Shown here piece after piece: positions 26,335-33,221 of a stretch of 33,221 nt of DNA. Position 1 is the first letter of the stretch; each line of letters opens with the position of its first letter. Below the pieces are notes generated by a model. That model saw only the letters and a program-made list of their open reading frames with translations, was not told the origin of the DNA and searched no databases. The stretch lies in the NCBI GenBank assembly GCA_046703745.1, contig JBJKSS010000446.1:1-33221 (forward strand). The letters are read 5' to 3'. Source of the stretch: Spirochaetota bacterium (lineage in GTDB: Bacteria; Spirochaetota; GWE2-31-10; JAFGQB01). A program made the position numbers and the translations under genes.

Positions 26335-27087
26335 ATGGACATGAACAATATTAAGACACTGCTTCAAAATGTGAAGGACAACAGGGTCTCAATAGATGAG
26401 GCCCTGACAAAATTGCGGGATTTCCCTTTCAAGGATCTGGATTTTGTCAAACTCGATTACCACAGGACTCTCAGAAAGGGATTCGGCGAGGTGATTTACT
26501 GCAAGAGCAAAACTTTGGAACAGATCGGGGCGATTGCGAAAGAGCTCAAGGCTTCCGGTAAAACCGGGATACTCTATACCAGGGTCGATAATGTAAAGGC
26601 CAAACTGCTACTCTCCATTGACAGCAGCCTGGAATACAACCCGGAAGCATCTATGGTTTTTAAAAAACTCGACTGTACCGGCAATGGCAAACCTATACTG
26701 GTTTTAACGGGCGGTACTTCGGACATTCCGATTGCAGAGGAGGCATTCTGCACCGCATCGAGCATGGGCTGCAATGTGGAGAAACACTATGACGTTGGCG
26801 TTGCGGGCATACACAGGCTCTTCGCCATTTACGACAGGCTCCAGGAGGCCGGAGTGATCATAGCGATCGCCGGTATGGAAGGTGCACTCGCCTCGGTTGT
26901 TGCCGGGCTGGTAAGCGTACCGGTAATTGCGGTACCCACATCGATTGGCTATGGCGCAAATTTCCAGGGGTTGTCCCCGCTTCTTTCGATGCTCAATTCA
27001 TGCAGCCCGGGAATAGCGGTTGTGAACATTGACAACGGATTCGGCGCGGGGTATCTTGCGTCTATGATTTTGAATAATAATGAATAA
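26335..27087 (+). CDS. larB: Nickel-pincer cofactor biosynthesis protein LarB (PurE-like carboxylase/hydrolase)
   Basis: LVLTGGTSDIPIAEEA...GVAGIHRL...AIAGMEGALASVVAGLVSVPVIAVPTSIGYGANFQGLSPLLSMLNSCSPGIAVVNIDNGFGAG is the LarB/AIR-carboxylase-like core. GAGGAA RBS upstream. Confidence 0.85.
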   Translation: MDMNNIKTLLQNVKDNRVSIDEALTKLRDFPFKDLDFVKLDYHRTLRKGFGEVIYCKSKTLEQIGAIAKELKASGKTGILYTRVDNVKAKLLLSIDSSLEYNPEASMVFKKLDCTGNGKPILVLTGGTSDIPIAEEAFCTASSMGCNVEKHYDVGVAGIHRLFAIYDRLQEAGVIIAIAGMEGALASVVAGLVSVPVIAVPTSIGYGANFQGLSPLLSMLNSCSPGIAVVNIDNGFGAGYLASMILNNNE

Positions 27088-27231
27088 TTGCTATTGCCAA
27101 AAATTTCATGAAAGAATATATTTGATACACAATAATCCTTCAATTAAAGCCGTCATTATTTAATGAGGAGAATGCTTAAAGCGGTTTTTAAGACAGACAA
27201 TTGTCGGTCATTATTGTGACATCAATAGCAA
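27088..27231 (+). other. larB-larC spacer with two nested 9-bp perfect complementary pairs (candidate structured RNA leader or MITE-like insert)
   Basis: TTGCTATTG (27088-27096) pairs with CAATAGCAA (27223-27231). CACAATAAT (27128-27136) pairs with ATTATTGTG (27210-27218). GACAATTGTC copy 5 lies inside. Confidence 0.4.
27196..27205. repeat. GACAATTGTC palindrome, copy 5 (36 nt upstream of the larC start)
   Basis: Read directly from the sequence (aagacaGACAATTGTCggtcat). Confidence 0.9.
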
Positions 27232-27240
27232 GGATAAAAA

Positions 27241-28461
27241 ATGAAAATTTTATACATAGACGGATTCTCCGGATTAAGCGGGGACAAACTGGCTGCGGGC
27301 TTGCTTGCCATTACCGACAATGCAGAATCATTGAAGCAAAAATTGAATTCCTTAAGCATAAACGGCGAGTTTGAGATCAAGGTTTCTGAAAAAAGCGTCA
27401 TGGGGATCAACTCCCTCAAATTCGATGTTATTCTCAAAAATCATCACGATCATTCCCATGACGACGGGCATCATCATGAGCACCACCACAGGGGCTTGAG
27501 GGAAATCACCGACATTATAAACGGCTCGAGCCTCGATGAAAAGGTAAAAAGCGACGCGATTAATGTATTCACGATCCTGGGCAGGGCAGAATCAAAAGTG
27601 CACAATGTCGACATCAAGAAAATCCATTTCCATGAAGTCGGTGCAGTCGACTCGATTGTAGATATAGTTTCTGCATGCATTCTCATGAACGAAATAAAAC
27701 CCGACAAAATTTATTCTTCGCACATCGCTTTGGGAAGCGGCTTTGTAAATGCGGCGCACGGGAAGCTTCCTGTGCCCGCACCGGCAACCGCCGAGATACT
27801 GGCCGGCGTGCCTGTTTGCAGCACGGACGTAAAGGGAGAGCTTACCACCCCTACAGGCGCAAGCATTATCAAATATTATGCGAAGGAATACGGCCTGATG
27901 CCCGACATGACGGTTGAAAAAACAGGGTACGGCGCGGGCACAAAGGATTTCGAAATACCCAATGTTGTGAGAATCCTCCTCGGCAGCGCGGAGGAAAACA
28001 ATGGTAATGTCGAGACGATCGTAAAGATTGAAACCAACATAGATGACGCAACCCCGGAACAGACCGGGTTTTTGTTCGACAGGCTCTTTAAAAAGGGAGC
28101 GCTCGACGTGTTCATAACCCCGATAGTCATGAAAAAAAACCGGATGGCCCAGCTTTTAACCGTCTTGTGCAAACCCGGGGACAGAGCCCTGTTTGAGAGT
28201 GAAATATTCAATAATTCCACGACTTTCGGCATAAGAAGCACCAGTTACCGTCGTGTGATCCTCGGCCGCGAGGAAAAAATTGTCAACGTCGACGGCATCG
28301 ACATTAGGGTAAAGCTCGGTTTCCTCGAAGGAAGGCTCGTGCGTACATCCGTGGAATATGAATCGGTCAGAGAATTCACGGAAAAAACGGGACTGTCCTA
28401 CAACGACGCGAGTGAAAGGATCAACCTTGCAATCGCCGCCAAATTTAAAACTGGAGTTTAA
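27241..28461 (+). CDS. larC: Nickel insertion protein LarC (DUF111 family, CTP-dependent nickel chelatase of the NPN cofactor)
   Basis: N-terminus MKILYIDGFSGLSGDKLAAGLL, His-rich tract HHDHSHDDGHHHEHHH, and HFHEVGAVDSIVDIV. The length of 406 aa is typical. AAGGA RBS upstream. Confidence 0.88.
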   Translation: MKILYIDGFSGLSGDKLAAGLLAITDNAESLKQKLNSLSINGEFEIKVSEKSVMGINSLKFDVILKNHHDHSHDDGHHHEHHHRGLREITDIINGSSLDEKVKSDAINVFTILGRAESKVHNVDIKKIHFHEVGAVDSIVDIVSACILMNEIKPDKIYSSHIALGSGFVNAAHGKLPVPAPATAEILAGVPVCSTDVKGELTTPTGASIIKYYAKEYGLMPDMTVEKTGYGAGTKDFEIPNVVRILLGSAEENNGNVETIVKIETNIDDATPEQTGFLFDRLFKKGALDVFITPIVMKKNRMAQLLTVLCKPGDRALFESEIFNNSTTFGIRSTSYRRVILGREEKIVNVDGIDIRVKLGFLEGRLVRTSVEYESVREFTEKTGLSYNDASERINLAIAAKFKTGV

Positions 28462-30390
28462 ATGAACAAACTGAGGAAAATGCCCCTTTATAAAAACATG
28501 TTCAGATTCACACTGGGCAAACGCCTCACGCTTTACTTCATCGTATTCGGATTTATTCTCGGCTACATAGTATTCACAATGGCATCGATGTTTTCCACCC
28601 ATAACACGGTTTACTTCATGAGCAGTATGATAGTAAAAAAGGAACTGAAAGAAGTTTTTGCATCGACAAGGCCCGACCTTTTTTTGACCCTTCTTGAGAA
28701 TAACGACAGGGCCTTGATGGAAAAATTCCGGATAATCAAAAACATACCGAAGGATTACAGCCAGGTTGCAAGAACGAGCCTTTACTATTTTGACAATGTT
28801 TATTACCGATGGAAAGAGTTGACTCTCAACAAAAGCGGCACCAGGGTTATATCAGAAGAGCTTTCAAAACCGGATGAGAAAAACCTCATGCATTATATCA
28901 AGTCGAATGGAATGATTGCTGACAGGCTTATGTCCCAAACCGAATCGATCTATATAAATCTGACCAGGCCTGTTGACAGGACAAAATATCTTTTGAGACT
29001 TGAAATCAAACGGGAAAGCATTCTGTCATTCATAAAGGAAAACAGGGTGCCGTTCGTTGCATTCGATATTTTCATCCTCTTAATATCAGCACTGCTGGGG
29101 AAATTTTTTACACGCAAGGTCACGAAGCCGATCAGGGAAATTACAATTGGTGCGGCACATATTGCTTCGGGGAAATACGAATACAGCCTGAAGATCCCCA
29201 GCCGTGACGAGATCGGTATACTTGCGAATTCCATGAACACTATGGCGGGCAAGGTACAGTCGAATATCGATGAAATCAGCAGGCATTTGAATACGATGCA
29301 GACAATGAACCGCATCGACAAGGCCGTGCTCTCCAGCATATCGCGCAAGGATCTGATGGGAAGGGTCGTGGGCATAGTAAGATCGCTTTTTAAGGATGTG
29401 GAAATCATCATATTGCTTCGGAATGAAAAAAAGGCCGGTTTCGATATTCTTTCTTTCAATACATGGAAAAAGCCTACACTGATGGACAATGAGCCGTGCA
29501 TTTTCGATTCTGATATTTTCAGGGAATATCTGGGCAGGATGAATAAAGCCTTCCAGATTACGAGGGACAGCGCCAACGGTGAAGTTTTCGATTATATTAC
29601 ACGCCTGGCATCCACATACGCAGGGATAAATAAAATAGGCTCGCTTTTGAACATTCCGATGACGATGCAGGAAAAAAGCATCGGAGTGATCCTCATAATA
29701 AAAAATGACATCTCGGGATTCGACTCGTCCCAGGTTGAAGCGGCAAAAATGCTTGCCGATCAGGTTTGTGTAGCGTTCCAGAGCGTAAAAATTTTTGAAG
29801 AAAAAGAATCGCTTTTATTCGGCATATTGCTGGCGCTCACCAACTCAATAGATGCCAAGTCAAAATGGACGGCCGGCCACAGCGAGAGGGTTGCGATGTA
29901 CTCGGAACAGCTTGCCATGCATCTTGATTTTAATGAACAAACCATGAGAGAGCTTACAATCTCCGCGGTGCTCCATGACATAGGGAAAATCGCCGTGCCC
30001 GAGGCGATCCTCGACAAGCCGTCAAAATTGACCGCAGAGGAATTTGACATTATAAAACAGCATCCGGCAGTTGGAGCAAATATAATAAGCAACATCCCTT
30101 CGTACGACTCCATACTCCCCGGGATTCTCTACCATCACGAGCACTGGGACGGAAGCGGCTACCCGCAGGGATTGAAAGGCGTGGAAATACCCTTAAGCAG
30201 CAGGATAATAACAATAGCGGATGTTTTTGATGCAATCACGGAAGAAAGGCCGTATCGAAAGGGAATGCGGGCAGATGAAGCCATTTCATTCATGGAGGAT
30301 CAGAAGAAAAAACTCTTTGATGCCGAACTTGCCGGCATTTTCATCAACAAGGTTGCAATGAACATCGCCGTGTCAAAAAAGTTATCATAG
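28462..30390 (+). CDS. Membrane-anchored HAMP, GAF-like, HD-GYP domain signalling protein (putative c-di-GMP phosphodiesterase)
   Basis: The ATG directly abuts the larC stop codon. There are two TM segments (LTLYFIVFGFILGYIVFTMASMF and FVAFDIFILLISALLGKFF). The HAMP region is KPIREITIGAAHIASGKYEY...DEIGILANSMNTMAGKV. The HD-GYP core is HDIGKIAVP...YHHEHWDGSGYPQGL...IADVFDAITEERPYRKG. Confidence 0.88.
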   Translation: MNKLRKMPLYKNMFRFTLGKRLTLYFIVFGFILGYIVFTMASMFSTHNTVYFMSSMIVKKELKEVFASTRPDLFLTLLENNDRALMEKFRIIKNIPKDYSQVARTSLYYFDNVYYRWKELTLNKSGTRVISEELSKPDEKNLMHYIKSNGMIADRLMSQTESIYINLTRPVDRTKYLLRLEIKRESILSFIKENRVPFVAFDIFILLISALLGKFFTRKVTKPIREITIGAAHIASGKYEYSLKIPSRDEIGILANSMNTMAGKVQSNIDEISRHLNTMQTMNRIDKAVLSSISRKDLMGRVVGIVRSLFKDVEIIILLRNEKKAGFDILSFNTWKKPTLMDNEPCIFDSDIFREYLGRMNKAFQITRDSANGEVFDYITRLASTYAGINKIGSLLNIPMTMQEKSIGVILIIKNDISGFDSSQVEAAKMLADQVCVAFQSVKIFEEKESLLFGILLALTNSIDAKSKWTAGHSERVAMYSEQLAMHLDFNEQTMRELTISAVLHDIGKIAVPEAILDKPSKLTAEEFDIIKQHPAVGANIISNIPSYDSILPGILYHHEHWDGSGYPQGLKGVEIPLSSRIITIADVFDAITEERPYRKGMRADEAISFMEDQKKKLFDAELAGIFINKVAMNIAVSKKLS

Positions 30391-30468
30391 ATTGTAAAAA
30401 AAACGATCCGCCTCAAATGGTTCCAAAATGTAAAAATAAATTTAACCCCTTTGTTTCCAGGACAATTT

Positions 30469-30477
30469 TGATATAAT
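30469..30477 (+). promoter_or_regulatory. Extended -10 promoter element (TGaTATAAT) upstream of the second ankyrin gene
   Basis: Read directly from the sequence. A weak TTGTTT lies 15 nt upstream. Confidence 0.35.
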
Positions 30478-30505
30478 CTGTTGATTTTTATTTTACGGGA
30501 AAATT

Positions 30506-31594
30506 ATGCTTAAAAAAACCGTTTCTGTCATTATTTTATTAATTTTAGCCAACGGATTGATCTTCTGTAAGGCAGATGATTCCCTGATTTCGGCTGCAGG
30601 CAACAACGATCTGGCAGGGTTGAAGTCCGCACTTGACAATGGAGCGGAAATTAATACAAAAGATGATGAAGGCTGGACAGCCCTGATGTGGGCAAGCGAC
30701 AAAGGTTATGAAAAAATCGCCGAATACCTTGTGTCCCGGGGCGCGGATATAAATGCCAGGGACAATTACGGTTGGACGGCTCTTATGTATGCCTGTGCGT
30801 TCGGGCGGGTGGAAATCGTCAAGCTTCTCGTAACCCACAATGCCAATGAAAATACAACTTCTGCCAGGAAGCAAACCATTATCGACAAATTTTATCCCAG
30901 GGGCACCACTGCATTCCGCATTGCGAAAATCAGCGGCAATAACGATTTGACAAGGCTCCTCGGGAACAATGCAGTTTCTATGAGACGCTTTCATCCATTT
31001 GGAAAACGGGTGCCGGCTTCTGCACTGAAAAAAGAATTTTTTGATGCTGTCATCAACATGGATATCGAAGGGGTAAACTCAGCTTTGAAAAAAGGAATCG
31101 ACGTTAATTCTACCGATATCAACGGCTGGACGGCACTGATGATCACAAGTGAAAACGGTGACACGAAAATGGCAGAACTGCTTTTATCCGGCGGGACCAA
31201 CATAAATGCAAAGGATCAATACGGAAAAAATTCCCTGATCATAGCCTGTCTTCACGGCCATGAGGAATTGGCAAGGCTCCTGATATCAAAAGGTGCGGAT
31301 GTTAATGTAAAAGACAATAACGGATACACGCCGTTGATGTGGACGGACAGCAGCGGCATAGCCGGGCTGCTGATATCAAAAGGTGCCGATAGTAATGCAA
31401 AGGGTAAAAACTGCACGACGGCGCTGATGATCGCCTGTGAAAACGGCAAACAGGAATTGGCAGAATACCTCATCGGTAAAGGCGCCGATATGAACATAAA
31501 AAATAATGACGGCTATACCGCGCTTGATCTGGCAGATATTAATGGTTTTGATGATATTGTCAACATGCTGATCAAAGATGGTACAAAAAAATAA
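30506..31594 (+). CDS. Secreted ankyrin-repeat protein
   Basis: N-terminal signal peptide (VSVIILLILANGLIFCKA), then two blocks of ANK repeats (DDEGWTALMWASDKGYEKIAEYLVSRGADINARDNYGWTALM...). Confidence 0.85.
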   Translation: MLKKTVSVIILLILANGLIFCKADDSLISAAGNNDLAGLKSALDNGAEINTKDDEGWTALMWASDKGYEKIAEYLVSRGADINARDNYGWTALMYACAFGRVEIVKLLVTHNANENTTSARKQTIIDKFYPRGTTAFRIAKISGNNDLTRLLGNNAVSMRRFHPFGKRVPASALKKEFFDAVINMDIEGVNSALKKGIDVNSTDINGWTALMITSENGDTKMAELLLSGGTNINAKDQYGKNSLIIACLHGHEELARLLISKGADVNVKDNNGYTPLMWTDSSGIAGLLISKGADSNAKGKNCTTALMIACENGKQELAEYLIGKGADMNIKNNDGYTALDLADINGFDDIVNMLIKDGTKK

Positions 31595-31612
31595 ATTTTC
31601 AATAAATTCGAC

Positions 31613-31651
31613 AGGCTTAATAATTGAAGGATCCCAAAGCCTTTTCTTTTT
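31613..31651 (+). terminator. Candidate intrinsic terminator after the ankyrin gene
   Basis: AGGCTT-N18-AAGCCT followed by ttttctttttg. The stem is short and the loop long, so this is weak. Confidence 0.3.
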
Positions 31652-31725
31652 GCCAATGAAAAAAACATGATTATTAAAAAATCTTGTCAAGAATTGTCCT
31701 GTATAAAAATGGAGAAAAAATATCA

Positions 31726-32322
31726 ATGACAAAAATCAAGTCCGATGAATTACTTGACAGCAATAATGATTTAATGAAATTCATAACCGCAATAATTTTG
31801 CATTTTTTTATTTTCAGCCTGCTTCTGGGTTTACTTGAAAACATAGCAGTCACGATTTTTATCCTGTTGAATAAAAATTTGAATATCGCATTTTACAGCA
31901 AACTTTTGGGAATTTTTATCGGTTTTAAAGAAGGCACCGGGGTTTATTCTTTTCAAATTTTTGATTTTGCCATTAAATGTTTTAATTTAGCCGTATTTAT
32001 CGTTGCGCTTTTTTTAATTTTTGTTTTCATTGACAGAATAGTCAAATATTACATCATTCCTTATGCGGTAAAGGGCGTATTTGTCCATGCCGGCTTGCTG
32101 TTTTTCACTCCGATACTTTTTTTTGTGAATACTGCCCTGCATTTTCTGCAAATCAATCTGATTGCACATTATTCACAAATGGCCCTTGTTTCATCCAATA
32201 TTTTGTTGCAGGTGTTTTATTTTTTCTTTATCACTGCCAAATTCATAATTTTCGTTTTTTTTATCATAGTGATTTTTCTGATTAAATATCCCAAGCATAA
32301 GGATTGTTCTGCCGTGGAATAA
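31726..32322 (+). CDS. Hypothetical multi-pass membrane protein (AT-rich gene)
   Basis: 4-5 hydrophobic segments rich in F/I/L. GGAGAA lies about 7 nt upstream of the ATG at 31726; the ORF-track start at 31684 is a TTG. I recognise no family. Confidence 0.6.
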   Translation: MTKIKSDELLDSNNDLMKFITAIILHFFIFSLLLGLLENIAVTIFILLNKNLNIAFYSKLLGIFIGFKEGTGVYSFQIFDFAIKCFNLAVFIVALFLIFVFIDRIVKYYIIPYAVKGVFVHAGLLFFTPILFFVNTALHFLQINLIAHYSQMALVSSNILLQVFYFFFITAKFIIFVFFIIVIFLIKYPKHKDCSAVE

Positions 32323-32327
32323 TTTTT

Positions 32328-32370
32328 ACCGTAACGCCGGATCGTTGAGGAAAGATTCCAACTGGCATGA
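32328..32370 (+). repeat. Orphan copy of the DUF2442-gene 3' end (direct repeat of 32908-32949)
   Basis: accgtaacgccggatcgttgaggaaagattccaactggcatga versus accgtaacagggatcgttgagggaagattccaactggcatga. They differ by a few substitutions and a 1-nt indel that breaks the frame. Confidence 0.8.
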
Positions 32371-32465
32371 AAATTGAAAGATTTTTGTGATATTATGTAA
32401 AACATAATAAATTTGTTACTATGTTTAAAATATGTTATTATTAAAAAAAGATTAGGTTTGAACAA

Positions 32466-32949
<484 letters not shown>

Positions 32950-33221
32950 TTATTTTTCTATTACCCCGATCAGTTCATTCGCAATGTTCGGGCTTTCGAG
33001 CCGCATGATGCTTTCTTCGGAATAACCGAAACTCAAAAGGTTTATGCTCCCGTACCAGACTATTCTTTGATCGATGACAGCGAATTTCTGGTGGATTTTG
33101 GGTTTGAATATCAGGTTGACCGGCAGGTTTTTTAAAATTTCATAAGTCTCATCGTTCAAGGCGGCTCTGCCGGGCACTCCAGGCACAAAGTGCTCGGCTC
33201 TGTCCCCATTTTTGAATTCTT
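32950..33221 (-). CDS. C-terminal part of a phospholipase-D-superfamily (HKD-motif) protein, probably a nuclease; partial at the window edge
   Basis: HQKFAVIDQRIVWYGSINLLS is a canonical HxK(x)4D(x)6GSxN motif. The frame stays open to the last base of the window, upstream of the GTG given in the ORF track. Confidence 0.7.
   Translation of the reverse strand, partial: EFKNGDRAEHFVPGVPGRAALNDETYEILKNLPVNLIFKPKIHQKFAVIDQRIVWYGSINLLSFGYSEESIMRLESPNIANELIGVIEK

Noticed and set aside
28156-31732. Minus-strand ORFs of 117-208 aa overlapping larC, the HD-GYP gene and the second ankyrin gene (28156..28602, 28950..29576, 29760..30113, 30545..30994, 31376..31732)
   Set aside because: All are antisense to well-supported genes and have no motifs of their own, so they are shadow ORFs.
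32363-32378. Sigma-54-like string TGGCATGAAAATTGAA
   Set aside because: The -12 element reads TTGA instead of TTGC, so the critical GC is missing. The string lies inside the DUF2442-tail repeat, which explains its presence.

Overview
The window splits into three parts by composition. (A) Positions 49-14592 are a conspicuously AT-rich block. Spot counts of 60-nt lines give about one-third G+C here, against about one-half inside mgtA; this was not computed over the whole window. The block is bracketed by a near-identical 41-nt direct repeat made of the last codons of an AraC-type regulator gene (1-41 and 14845-14885). It carries a convergent sugar-binding histidine kinase and NtrC-type sigma-54 activator pair, a textbook -24/-12 sigma-54 promoter, and a tightly packed 9.9-kb + strand operon. 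The operon encodes a stand-alone epimerization/condensation-type NRPS domain, two GT4 glycosyltransferases, a SAM methyltransferase, an unknown 358-aa protein, a (partial C)-A-PCP NRPS module with a Tyr-like specificity code, and a NodU/CmcH carbamoyltransferase. I regard this orphan, probably horizontally acquired, sigma-54-controlled hybrid NRPS/glycosylation/carbamoylation locus as the most interesting system in the window. (B) Positions 14593-31600 are higher-GC, core-like DNA. They hold a 5'-truncated AraC HTH fragment, mgtA (Mg2+ P-type ATPase) with a tightly coupled PTS-EIIA(Ntr)-like gene, two MBL-fold hydrolases, a transglutaminase-like protein and a CPBP-protease/Ig/LamG fusion. They also hold two secreted ankyrin-repeat proteins, a TetR regulator with a DUF2271-like secreted protein, and larB-larC (nickel-pincer cofactor synthesis) co-transcribed with a HAMP-GAF-HD-GYP signalling protein. 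Five perfect copies of the 10-bp palindrome GACAATTGTC occur in this part, three of them in promoter regions. (C) Positions 31600-33221 are AT-rich again. They hold a multi-TM hypothetical protein, a DUF4160/DUF2442 pair flanked by a 42-nt direct repeat, and the 3' end of a PLD/HKD-domain gene on the minus strand. I found no rRNA, tRNA, CRISPR array, integrase or transposase. All domain calls come from motif recognition by eye, not from database searches.
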